Positions 9,851 through 18,392 of a stretch of DNA of 64,000 bases are shown here, piece by piece. Position 1 is the stretch's first letter. Every line of letters starts with the position of its first letter. The position numbers and the translations under genes are program-made. Source of the DNA: a virus (taxonomy: Duplodnaviria > Caudoviricetes); IMG/VR virus record IMGVR_UViG_2863231158_000001. One strand, given 5' to 3'. A model generated the notes under the pieces. The model saw only the letters and a program-made list of their open reading frames with translations, searched no databases and was not told the DNA's origin.

Positions 9851-10474
9851 GTGAACGCGTGCGGACTTTGCGAACGGCCGTCGGAGCACAGCTACCTGTG
9901 CCCCGGCTGCGCCCGCGGCCTGGCCGAGAGCCTCGACCAACTGCCGGTCCTGCACGACGAGCTGGTCGAGTGTCTGGTGCCGCGCCGGTACGGCTTCGGT
10001 GACATCGTCGCCACCAGGGGCGCGGCGGGCCCGCGGTCCCCGCTCGACGAGGACGTCCTCGACGAGATGAACAGCGGGCACATGGCGGCCGTCGTGCACC
10101 TGTGGCGGGTGGACGTACAGCGGGTGCGCTGGCCCTCGCACGGGGAGCCACCGCCCGCCGGGCTGGCCGCGGACTGCCGGTGGCTGGCGATGGAACTCAA
10201 CTGGATCGCCGCCGAGTACGTGGCCGCCGGGGACCTGGCGCGCGAGGTGAGCGACCTGGAGCGCGACGCCCGCTCGATCGTCGGCGATCCGGCGCCGCGG
10301 CCGCAGCGGCTCGGCACGTGCGTGGCGGTCGACACCGGGGGCGTCGTGTGCGGGGCCGTCATCAAGCGCATGCCGGGGCAGACCCGGCTCCGGTGCCGGT
10401 GGTGCGGCTACACCTACGAGACCGCGCAGGACTGGATGCGCCTTCAGCATTTTCAGCCGGAAGAAGTAGCGTGA
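9851..10474 (+). CDS. Zn-finger phage protein (possible late regulator)
   Basis: CGLC...CPGC at the N-terminus; C...C...CRWC at the C-terminus. Confidence 0.7.
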   Translation: MNACGLCERPSEHSYLCPGCARGLAESLDQLPVLHDELVECLVPRRYGFGDIVATRGAAGPRSPLDEDVLDEMNSGHMAAVVHLWRVDVQRVRWPSHGEPPPAGLAADCRWLAMELNWIAAEYVAAGDLAREVSDLERDARSIVGDPAPRPQRLGTCVAVDTGGVVCGAVIKRMPGQTRLRCRWCGYTYETAQDWMRLQHFQPEEVA

Positions 10475-10479
10475 AATCC

Positions 10480-10508
10480 TTGCGTCAAACCCCCGGGTTG
10501 GATACCTT
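10480..10508 (+). promoter_or_regulatory. Sigma70-type promoter of the transfer cassette with a palindromic operator in the spacer
   Basis: TTGCGT-N17-TACCTT, spacer contains AACCC-CC-GGGTT, ATG 7 nt downstream. Confidence 0.55.
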
Positions 10509-10515
10509 ACTGGGG

Positions 10516-10758
10516 ATGGAACCGCAACCCTGGCGGGAGCGGATACGCGACGAGGACAAGCTGTTGGAGCAGCTCAACCAACTCGCCTCCCAGGCCGCCG
10601 ACCGCCGCGCTCAAGCGCTGCTCGACGGCGTGGACGAACTCGGCACGATCGCCGACGTCGCCCGCGACCTCGGCAAGAGCTGGACCGCCGTCGACAAGGC
10701 GATCAAAAAGTACGAGAGCAAGAAGGCGTCCACCACAGACGCCCCCACAACCGAATAG
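10516..10758 (+). CDS. Small HTH regulator (Kor-like role inferred)
   Basis: GTIADVARDLGKSWTAVDKAIKK HTH; first gene of the cassette. Confidence 0.7.
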   Translation: MEPQPWRERIRDEDKLLEQLNQLASQAADRRAQALLDGVDELGTIADVARDLGKSWTAVDKAIKKYESKKASTTDAPTTE

Positions 10759-10854
10759 ACGAGGGCCGGACAGCAGCTCTCAGGTGTTGGAGCACCCGAG
10801 GCGCGCGCACCGCCCGACCCTCTACCGAACATCCTGACTAGACCAGGAGTCGGC

Positions 10855-11016
10855 ATGACCGATCATGTCGCGGGCCGTTCCGTGCCCGCAAGTTCCCTAC
10901 CGTCCCGGCGTCTCGTCGCTGCGGGCATCATCCGCCGCACCCCGGGCCGCACCCTCACAGTGCGCGCCACCCCGGCGGGCGTCACCGGCATCATCCGCAA
11001 GGCGGTGACCCGGTGA
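10855..11016 (+). CDS. 53-aa basic peptide (below the ORF-track cutoff)
   Basis: AGGAG RBS; MTDHVAGRSVP...; GTGA overlap with the next gene. Confidence 0.55.
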   Translation: MTDHVAGRSVPASSLPSRRLVAAGIIRRTPGRTLTVRATPAGVTGIIRKAVTR

Positions 11017-11213
11017 CCCACACGGCCATCCACCCTGTGGATAACCCAACCCCGCCCAGCACCCTCACCACCGCGGTCCACGTCGCGCAGCAGATGCTCG
11101 GCGCCTACGGCAGCAGCAGCCGCGACGGCTTCGACTACGCCGAGGCCTACGGCGCCCTCCGCGAATCCCTGCGCATCCTGCTCCGCGCCGTCGAGGCGGG
11201 TGAGAACGCATGA
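11013..11213 (+). CDS. Small plasmid/AICE-type hypothetical protein
   Basis: Coupled on both sides; YGALRESLRILLRA helix. Confidence 0.65.
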   Translation: MTHTAIHPVDNPTPPSTLTTAVHVAQQMLGAYGSSSRDGFDYAEAYGALRESLRILLRAVEAGENA

Positions 11214-11938
11214 GGTACCCACACCTGCCTGCCTACGGGCCCACCGAAGCCCACGCCGACGAGGACGCCAGGCCCGACGTCGTCGTGCGTGTCGCCTACG
11301 CCTTGGACCGTGAGCAGCTGCTGGCGGCCCTGTCGATCGGCTTCACGGAGCTGGACCCGGACCGCGCGCCTGAGGACCTGACGGTCGACGAGGTGCGGCG
11401 GGAGGTCGAGGGCTGGCTGGCCGCGCAGGGGATCATCGAGCTTGAGCGCTATGTGATCCAGGGGCAGCTGACCGCGTACCCGCCCAAGCAGCAGGCCGTG
11501 ATGGATGCGCTTGCCGCCGCCCTGGTCCGCGCGTATCCGCCGCCTCCCGCCGAGGAGCCGGACACCGGCCCCCGCTACGGCGACGGCACCGTGAACGTGC
11601 ACACGCGCGACGCCGGACGCATCACGCTGCGCGAGCCCCGGTGGTGCATCGGCGAGCACCGCGGCGGCGAGTACCGCGTCGACGTCCACCATATGGGCGC
11701 CACCCAGCACACGCGGTTCCACACCCCCATGGGCCCGGCCTATGTCGCCCTGAGTGCGGCGCAGAGCCCCCTCTCATCCCAGCCGCAGCCGGAGCTCCAT
11801 GCGGAGGTTTCGGGCAGCTGGTCGATGACGTGCGACACGCACGTCGCGCGGGCCGCCGACGCCCTCGAAGAGATGGCCGCTCACCTGCGCGGTCAGCAAG
11901 CCCTACTCGCTCAGCTCGAGGACGGAGGCCCTCGGTAA
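11210..11938 (+). CDS. Hypothetical protein with C-terminal EPxWC..H (DUF6907-like) domain
   Basis: TLREPRWCIGEH...HHMG. Confidence 0.65.
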   Translation: MRYPHLPAYGPTEAHADEDARPDVVVRVAYALDREQLLAALSIGFTELDPDRAPEDLTVDEVRREVEGWLAAQGIIELERYVIQGQLTAYPPKQQAVMDALAAALVRAYPPPPAEEPDTGPRYGDGTVNVHTRDAGRITLREPRWCIGEHRGGEYRVDVHHMGATQHTRFHTPMGPAYVALSAAQSPLSSQPQPELHAEVSGSWSMTCDTHVARAADALEEMAAHLRGQQALLAQLEDGGPR

Positions 11939-12183
11939 TGCTCAAGAAGACACGAGCCCGGCGCGCCGCCGCTGTGCGCCACCGCCAGCTGCTCGACACC
12001 GCCGAGCGAGTCGTCCGCCGCCACATCCTCGAGGGGCAGTCCGGCAGCGACGCCACTCCCGCCGAGATGGTCGCTCTCGCGTTTGGCCGCCTCGCTCTGC
12101 ACATCGACGAGGACGAGGCCCGCGACTACCTCAACGCTGTCCTCGTCGAGCGCGGATACCCGCTCCCCGGGGGTGCCCAGTGA
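11938..12183 (+). CDS. Small hypothetical protein
   Basis: TAATG overlap, GGAGG RBS. Confidence 0.6.
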   Translation: MLKKTRARRAAAVRHRQLLDTAERVVRRHILEGQSGSDATPAEMVALAFGRLALHIDEDEARDYLNAVLVERGYPLPGGAQ

Positions 12184-13289
12184 GCACCCGCGAACTCACC
12201 CGCCCCCAGAAGGGCATGCTGGCGGCCGCCGCCGTCCCGATGCTCGCCGTCGGCGGCTTCGGCGCCTGGGGCACCTACACCAACGTCGTCACCGAGTTCC
12301 ACCGTGCCGCGACCGCCATGGGCGTCGTCGCCGCCGGCGAGGGCCTCACCCTCGTCCTGGCGCTCACCATGCTGGCCCTGACCCTCCTCGGGCAGGCCAC
12401 GCCCCGCCCTGTCCACATCGGCCTGTGGCTGGCCCCGGTCGCCGCCTCCGGTGTCGGCATCTCCATCGCCGACACCGTCACCGAGGCCGTCGTCTACGCC
12501 GCCACCCCGCTCGCCATGAGCGGCGCCGCCGAGGGCCTCGGCCTGATTGCCCGCCGCATCGTCATCTACACCACCGGCATCGACGCCGAAGCACGCCGCC
12601 GCATCGCCGACACCGTGCAGCGCTTGGCCTACGAGCAGGCCGTGGCCGAGCGGCACCCCGACGAGGACAAGCGCGAGGCCGCGCTGCGCAAGTCCTGGAA
12701 GCTCGCCCAGGACATCGGCCGCGACGACCCCGAGCTGGCCGAGGGCCTCGTCGCAGTACAGCGCGAGCGCCTGAGGCAGGGAGCCGACGGGGCCTTGGCG
12801 GGCATGCTCACCGCGGCGCCCGCCCCGAAGCAGGTCGGCCCCGCCCGGCAGGAAACAGCCGAGGAAGTCCTGCGCCGGAAGCTCGCCACGATGGGCGCCG
12901 AGGATGCGGTGCGCCTCGTGCGTGATGCGCACCCGGATGCGCCACTGGCCGAACTCGTGGAGATCTGCAACGACCACGGTGTGCACGTCACTCCCGTACA
13001 GGTCGCTGTCATCCTCGACCAGCGGCCCGAGCAGCACACCGTGTATCGACAGGATGCACCTGATGCGCCGCTGGTCAGCGGTCTGCCGCTCGTCACCGTC
13101 GAGGGCGCCGTCGTCGAAGCTGCATCCTTCCTCGGCCCGGACGCCAAGGCCCGCCAGATCTCCGAGCATCTCGCTCGCCACCGGCGCCTCGTCGTCGCCG
13201 AACCGTACATCCGCACCGCACTCTCCCGCGAAGCCAAGCGCCAGCAGGGCCAGGCCCCGGCCAAGCCGATGGAGGGCGGATACGCATGA
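12180..13289 (+). CDS. Spd-like multi-pass membrane conjugal transfer protein
   Basis: Three to four N-terminal hydrophobic helices followed by a helical/coiled-coil region, as in Streptomyces SpdB2-type proteins; upstream of TraB. Confidence 0.7.
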   Translation: MSTRELTRPQKGMLAAAAVPMLAVGGFGAWGTYTNVVTEFHRAATAMGVVAAGEGLTLVLALTMLALTLLGQATPRPVHIGLWLAPVAASGVGISIADTVTEAVVYAATPLAMSGAAEGLGLIARRIVIYTTGIDAEARRRIADTVQRLAYEQAVAERHPDEDKREAALRKSWKLAQDIGRDDPELAEGLVAVQRERLRQGADGALAGMLTAAPAPKQVGPARQETAEEVLRRKLATMGAEDAVRLVRDAHPDAPLAELVEICNDHGVHVTPVQVAVILDQRPEQHTVYRQDAPDAPLVSGLPLVTVEGAVVEAASFLGPDAKARQISEHLARHRRLVVAEPYIRTALSREAKRQQGQAPAKPMEGGYA

Positions 13290-13462
13290 TGCGCATCATC
13301 ATCGGCATCACCCTCGGCGTGCTCTACATCCTGTGGCCGCCCCTCCCCGCCGCCACCGCCGCCATCCTCGGCTGGCTCATCTCCCAGCCACTCGTGATCG
13401 CCTTCGTGCTCGGCGCCGTCGCCCGCCCGCACCTCCACATGCCGAAGGGGTGGACAAAGTGA
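13286..13462 (+). CDS. 58-aa hydrophobic Spd-like membrane peptide (below the ORF-track cutoff)
   Basis: MMRIIIGITLGVLYILWPPL...LVIAFVLGAVA; coupled on both sides. Confidence 0.65.
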   Translation: MMRIIIGITLGVLYILWPPLPAATAAILGWLISQPLVIAFVLGAVARPHLHMPKGWTK

Positions 13463-13788
13463 ACGAGCCCCTCGCTAAAGCCGAGGCCGCCGTGACCGAG
13501 GCGGAGAGCAACACCGCCGCCGTGCAGCTGGCGCTCGCCGCCGTCGAACTCGCCAAGGCCGCCCAGCAGCCGCAGCACCAGGGATGCCAGCACACGCCAC
13601 AGCAGCAGTTCGACGCCAAGAAGTGGCTCACCATCGGCGGCCTCGCCTGCGTGGGCGGCTGCGTCGTCTGCGCCCTCGCCCTGGCGTTCGCCATCGCGGC
13701 CATCGCCGTCGCTATCGGCGGCACCTGCGCGACCGCCTGCCTGCTCATCCTCCGCTCCATCTGGCGCGGGCACCGGAAGGGGCGCTGA
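13459..13788 (+). CDS. SpdD-like membrane protein
   Basis: Long hydrophobic stretch LALAFAIAAIAVAIGGTCATACLLILRSIW. Confidence 0.7.
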   Translation: MNEPLAKAEAAVTEAESNTAAVQLALAAVELAKAAQQPQHQGCQHTPQQQFDAKKWLTIGGLACVGGCVVCALALAFAIAAIAVAIGGTCATACLLILRSIWRGHRKGR

Positions 13789-13789
13789 C

Positions 13790-14008
13790 ATGGGCATCTT
13801 CCGCCGCAAAGAGAACGCGGCCGCCGACGAGGCGCGCACCGACCGACTGCTCAACGGCGTCGATCAGGCGTACACCGCCCGCACCGGCCACGTCGGCGGC
13901 GCGGCCAGCCCCGACCTCGACGAGTTCGAGGAGACCGTCCTCCACGCCGTCGCCCGCGACCCCGAAGCCCCGTACCCGCCGCCCGGCCACGGCTACCCCC
14001 GCCGCTGA
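13790..14008 (+). CDS. Small hypothetical protein
   Basis: MGIFRRK start; operon context. Confidence 0.55.
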   Translation: MGIFRRKENAAADEARTDRLLNGVDQAYTARTGHVGGAASPDLDEFEETVLHAVARDPEAPYPPPGHGYPRR

Positions 14009-14074
14009 CCGGCCCGCCGTGCGGTGGGGCCGGACAGCCCGGCCCGACGAATCGACCCGGAAGGGAACCCCGCT

Positions 14075-14242
14075 ATGCCTGACCCGCAGCACGCTGTCGA
14101 CGCGGCCAAGGTCACCGCGCAAGCCATCAACGACTACGGCCCCGACTCCCCAGAGGCCCTCGGCGCGATGGAGTCCGCCCTCGACGCCGTTCGCCAGGCC
14201 CGCGCCGCTGGCTACACCGACGAGGAGATCCGCCGTGGCTGA
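14075..14242 (+). CDS. Small hypothetical protein
   Basis: AAGGGA RBS; ARAAGYTDEEI. Confidence 0.55.
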   Translation: MPDPQHAVDAAKVTAQAINDYGPDSPEALGAMESALDAVRQARAAGYTDEEIRRG

Positions 14243-14399
14243 GATCAAGTACACCGCCTGGGAGCGGATGCAGATCGCCGCCATCGAGGCCCGCGGCCTC
14301 AAGGACTCCGCTGCCCTCGGCTGGGACGCCCACATCGAACGGCGCCGCGCGCTCAAGCGCATCGAGGGCAAGGCCCGCCGCCGCGCCAACCGCACGTAG
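14235..14399 (+). CDS. Small basic hypothetical protein upstream of TraB
   Basis: GTG start overlapping the previous gene. Confidence 0.55.
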   Translation: MAEIKYTAWERMQIAAIEARGLKDSAALGWDAHIERRRALKRIEGKARRRANRT

Positions 14400-14486
14400 C
14401 TCTGCCCCGGGGGCGGCGCACCACGACCAAGAAGTAGAGCCGCCCCCGGGCCCCGGACCGCCCAACAGAACGACCGGAAGGCCAGC

Positions 14487-16613
14487 ATGACCGATCTTCA
14501 CGCACCGGCCAACACCGAGACGCCGGACGCACCCACACCCGCCCTGACATCCGAGCCCGGCAGCTCTCCGGCCCCCGCGCCCGCCGAGGCAGGACCCCGG
14601 CGCCGTGTCCGTATCGACCACCTGCGTCGCGTGATCGTCGAGGCCCGCCAGCACACCGCCTACCGCTTCACCGTCCGCCACAGCGCCTACCTCACCGGCG
14701 GCGCCCGCGTCCTTTCCCGCCGCGCCTGGGACTCCCGCACCACCGCCCGCCACGAGCGCATGATGCGCATCGCCGAAGCAGGCGGCAACGAAGAGCTCGT
14801 ACAGAAGTGGGAACAGCGCGCCTACGCGTTCAGGTTCGCCCGCCACCGGCGCCGCGTCGAACTCCTCCAGATGGCCATCAACGCGCCCAAGGCCATCGCC
14901 ACCGCCTCAGCGGCCGGCGCGGGCACCCTCCTGCTGCTCGGCTGCATGCTGGCCGCCGCCACCGACGACCTCAACGACGTCCTCACGCCGCTCAACACCG
15001 TCGTCTCCTTCGTGGGCTGGGTGGCGTTCATCGGCGGCATCGTCTGGGAGCCCATGCTCTACTCCCTGCCGCTCCTGGCCCTGGCCGGGGTGTGGGCCGT
15101 CGGCCGCAACCGGAAGACCGCGCCCTCATGGGCGCTGCCCGCGGACACCGGCGAGCTGGACGTGCTGCCCGACGAGAACGCCATCATGCGGGCCCTGGGC
15201 AAGCTGTCGATTCCCCAGCTCAACGCGGCTATCAAGGAAGGGTGGACGCCGCGCTGGGTGCAGCCCACGACCCGCCTCGGCAACGGCTACCACACCCAGC
15301 TGCAGCTGCCGATGGGCGTCACCGTCGAGATGGTCAACGCCAAGAAGAACGTCCTCGCACACAACCTGATGCGCAAGCCCGTCGAGACCTGGCCCACCGA
15401 GCCGCCCAACATGCCCGGCGTCCTCGACCTGTGGGTCGCCGACCAAGGCTCCCTCAACGGCGTGGTGCCGCCGTGGCCACTGCTGACCGAAGGCGTCACC
15501 GACTACTTCAAGGGCGTCCCGGTCGCCGTGTCCCAGCGGGGCGAACCCATCATCGGCAAGCTCATGGCCGCCAACTGGATCGTCGGCGGCATCATGGGCT
15601 CCGGCAAGACGTCCATCGTGGTCGCGCTGCTCCTCGGTGCCATCCTCGACCCGCTGGTCATCGCCGAGGTCTACGTGATGGCCACCAACGTCGACTACGA
15701 CCCGCTCAAGCCCCGCCTGCGTACCCTCGTCAAGGGCGACGACCCCGAGCAGCTGCGCGCCGCTCTCGACGCCCTGCGGGCCCTGTCCAACGAGGTCACC
15801 GAGCGCGGCAAGCTTCTGGAGGACCTCGGCGGCGAGTCGACCAAGCTCACCCGCGAACTGGCCCTGAAGGACCCGCGGATGCGGCCCAAGGTCGTCGTCT
15901 TCGACGAGTGCCACGAGCTGTTCATGAGCAAGGACTACGGCAAAGAGGCCAGTGAACTGGCCATCCGCGTCATGAAGAAGGCCCGCAAGGTCGGCATCAC
16001 TCTCATCTGGGTCACCGTCTCCCCGACTGCCGACAGCATCCCGCGTGACGTCACCCGCAACACCAGCCATCGCGTGGCGTTCGCGGTCGGCGACCAGGTC
16101 GCCAACGACGGCCTCCTCGGCTCCGGCAAGTACAAGGCCGGGATCCGCGCCACCGAGCTCGTCCCCGGCCAGGACGTAGGCACCGCCGTCACCTACGGCT
16201 TCACGTCAAAGCCGTTCGAGATCATCCGGTCCCACTACGTCGCCCGCGATCCGGAGAAGGGCATCGATGAGGTGACGCCGGTCGTCGAGCGCGCCCTCAA
16301 GGCCTACGAGAACGACGACGGCGTGTGGGAGGTCCCCGGCACACAGCCCGTCGACCACCTCGCCGACGTCGCCGCCGTCCTCGGCGACGAACTCCGCATG
16401 CTCGTCCAGGAGGTCCTGCACCGGCTCGCCGAGCGCACCCCGGGCGCCTACCGAGACTGGGGGCCGACCGATCTCAAGAAGGCCCTGGAACCCTACGGCG
16501 CCGAGCAGTACAAGTCCGCCGGACGCATGGTCATCTCCCGCGACCGCGTCCACGAAGCCATCCTCACCCGGCTCGCTGAGGACACCGGCGACGAGGGAGG
16601 CGACGAAATCTGA
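14487..16613 (+). CDS. traB: TraB-type FtsK/SpoIIIE dsDNA translocase
   Basis: N-terminal membrane anchor (two hydrophobic helices), Walker A GIMGSGKT, Walker B VVVFDECH, ARKVGI, small C-terminal domain; spd/kilB context. Confidence 0.85.
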   Translation: MTDLHAPANTETPDAPTPALTSEPGSSPAPAPAEAGPRRRVRIDHLRRVIVEARQHTAYRFTVRHSAYLTGGARVLSRRAWDSRTTARHERMMRIAEAGGNEELVQKWEQRAYAFRFARHRRRVELLQMAINAPKAIATASAAGAGTLLLLGCMLAAATDDLNDVLTPLNTVVSFVGWVAFIGGIVWEPMLYSLPLLALAGVWAVGRNRKTAPSWALPADTGELDVLPDENAIMRALGKLSIPQLNAAIKEGWTPRWVQPTTRLGNGYHTQLQLPMGVTVEMVNAKKNVLAHNLMRKPVETWPTEPPNMPGVLDLWVADQGSLNGVVPPWPLLTEGVTDYFKGVPVAVSQRGEPIIGKLMAANWIVGGIMGSGKTSIVVALLLGAILDPLVIAEVYVMATNVDYDPLKPRLRTLVKGDDPEQLRAALDALRALSNEVTERGKLLEDLGGESTKLTRELALKDPRMRPKVVVFDECHELFMSKDYGKEASELAIRVMKKARKVGITLIWVTVSPTADSIPRDVTRNTSHRVAFAVGDQVANDGLLGSGKYKAGIRATELVPGQDVGTAVTYGFTSKPFEIIRSHYVARDPEKGIDEVTPVVERALKAYENDDGVWEVPGTQPVDHLADVAAVLGDELRMLVQEVLHRLAERTPGAYRDWGPTDLKKALEPYGAEQYKSAGRMVISRDRVHEAILTRLAEDTGDEGGDEI

Positions 16614-16757
16614 GGGAGTTCTCCCCACCCGCCTCCCTCACCCGCCTCCCTGTACATGACCTGCGCAAATGGCCAGTCAGGGAGGCGAGGGAGGCAAGGG
16701 AAGACCAGGCCCGGAGGCCGCGAGCATGAGGCCCGGGCTCCCCTCCGGCGCCTCCCT
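16594..16757. repeat. clt-like locus: six copies of 8-mer GCCTCCCT/AGGGAGGC at the traB 3' end
   Basis: AGGGAGGC at 16594, 16679, 16688; GCCTCCCT at 16631, 16644, 16750. Confidence 0.6.
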
Positions 16758-16815
16758 CCCTACGACACGGCAGGATGCACCCACCGCGAACACGCCGCCG
16801 CCCAGAGGGGGACCC

Positions 16816-17319
16816 ATGTGGCCGACCTTGATCGCCGTGCTTGGCACGCTCGCTGGTGCCGCCTTGGCCAGCCTCACCGCGCACTGGACAGACCGCAGCG
16901 CCCGCGCAGCCGAACACCGCCAGCGGGTCCTCGACGCCACCGGGCAGCTCCTCGCCGCTGTGCTGGCGTACCGGGAGGTCTACTGGTTTCAGATCGCCAA
17001 CCTGCGCAATGGCGTGCCTCGGACCAGCGAAGACGTGGCAGCCCTGTTCCGCGCCCGCACAGTCACGACGAACGCCTTCGACCGCCTCGCGCTCACTGCT
17101 GCCGATTCAGCCCTGCTCGCCGTCGCCGCAGAGGCCGCATGGTCGGCCATCGAGCTGGCCGACATCGAACTCAGCGCGGTCACCGGTGGACAGTTCAGCA
17201 CCACCGTCGAGGCCGCACTCGCCGCCGGACGGGAGCGGAGCCGGGACGCCCACACAGCCCTGCGCGAGGCAGGCGTCCGGTACATCCACGGCGCAGCACC
17301 CATCCACGGCGACGGCTAG
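16816..17319 (+). CDS. kilB: KilB-like protein
   Basis: MWPTLIAVLGTLAGAALA N-terminal helix followed by HR...LLAAVLAYR, recalling Streptomyces plasmid KilB; AGAGGGGG RBS; follows traB. Confidence 0.65.
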   Translation: MWPTLIAVLGTLAGAALASLTAHWTDRSARAAEHRQRVLDATGQLLAAVLAYREVYWFQIANLRNGVPRTSEDVAALFRARTVTTNAFDRLALTAADSALLAVAAEAAWSAIELADIELSAVTGGQFSTTVEAALAAGRERSRDAHTALREAGVRYIHGAAPIHGDG

Positions 17320-17349
17320 CCCACCACCCGACGACCCTGAGGAGCCATC

Positions 17350-17526
17350 GTGAGCAACGACCCCATCGACCACGCACACACCCACGCCGCCTCATGCCCG
17401 ATGATCCTCTGGCCCGAAGGCGGCACCTGCAACTGCGGGCAGATCGAACAGGAGGGCATCGCCGACGCCTCCGCCGACTACCGCCACGACCCGCTCGACA
17501 CGACAGCCTTCGACACCATCGACTAG
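17350..17526 (+). CDS. 58-aa His/Cys peptide
   Basis: GAGGAG RBS; HTHAASCP...CNC. Confidence 0.5.
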   Translation: MSNDPIDHAHTHAASCPMILWPEGGTCNCGQIEQEGIADASADYRHDPLDTTAFDTID

Positions 17527-17590
17527 GCCCCTCCCAGTGAGCATCCGCATACAGCCACGAGACCACCGGCCGCCACGAGAGGATGACCCC

Positions 17591-17860
17591 ATGCCCGAGG
17601 AACGCACCGCCGTCCTGCTGGTCGACAGCTACACCACGACGTGCAGCAAGTGCCGCAACGGCGCCTTCACCAAGGACATCCGCCACGACCGAATCGCGAC
17701 CGGATGGGGGACCCCCGACCCGCGCGACAAGCCGTGCGGCGCCCGCTTCGTCGCCATCTCCACCAAACGCCAGGAATACACGCAAGACGACCTGCACCAG
17801 CTGCGCCCTGACCTCCCTGCCTACGAGGCTGGCAAGGCGCCACGAGACCTCACCACCTGA
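17591..17860 (+). CDS. Small Cys-containing hypothetical protein
   Basis: GAGGA RBS; CSKC...H...CGARF. Confidence 0.55.
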   Translation: MPEERTAVLLVDSYTTTCSKCRNGAFTKDIRHDRIATGWGTPDPRDKPCGARFVAISTKRQEYTQDDLHQLRPDLPAYEAGKAPRDLTT

Positions 17861-17883
17861 TTAGGTCGCGGCATCATGGGGGC

Positions 17884-18084
17884 ATGGAGTCGCAGATGAT
17901 CCGGCCCGGCCACCTCACCGCCCACCAGACCGCGACCGTCCTCGGCATCACCCTCGACGGCGTCCGCCAGCTCGTCCGCCGCGGCCACCTCACCCGCTCC
18001 GGCGGCACCCCCCGCCAGCCCTGGTACGCACTCGCCGACGTCCAGGCCCTCGACACCAAGCGGCGCACACGCGACGCCGCTTGA
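17884..18084 (+). CDS. MerR/HTH_17-like DNA-binding protein
   Basis: LTAHQTATVLGITLDGVRQLVRRGHL...YALADV. Confidence 0.75.
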   Translation: MESQMIRPGHLTAHQTATVLGITLDGVRQLVRRGHLTRSGGTPRQPWYALADVQALDTKRRTRDAA

Positions 18085-18150
18085 CCGCAGGTCAGCGCCG
18101 TGTCACGATCCCGGTGTACAACTGTGTCCTCAAACGGACGCCGCAGACAC

Positions 18151-18193
18151 ACGACGAAGCCCCGGCCCGCATCCCCGGCCGGGGCTTCGTCGT
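18151..18193. terminator. Long hairpin between the early/transfer genes and the late operon
   Basis: ACGACGAAGCCCCGGCC ... GGCCGGGGCTTCGTCGT. Confidence 0.7.
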
Positions 18194-18209
18194 ACTTCGG
18201 GGGGACTCC

Positions 18210-18389
18210 ATGCCGCGCATCCAGATCCTCGAACTGCCCGCCGAGCGCCACGGAGACGACGTGACGACGCCGTTCGTTCTCGTCGTCGACCAGTGGACAT
18301 CGCCCCTGCACGGTCACCTGACGAAACTTGCCGAGAAGAGCGGAGCCCGCGCCGTCATGGTGTTCGAAGAGACCATGGACGTGGCCTAG
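18210..18389 (+). CDS. Small hypothetical protein
   Basis: MPRIQILELP...TPFVLVVDQ. Confidence 0.6.
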   Translation: MPRIQILELPAERHGDDVTTPFVLVVDQWTSPLHGHLTKLAEKSGARAVMVFEETMDVA

Positions 18390-18392
18390 CCC

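Noticed and set aside
10480-17860. Autonomous AICE or plasmid nested in the prophage
   Set aside because: No integrase, excisionase, Rep or att duplication is visible within or around the cassette
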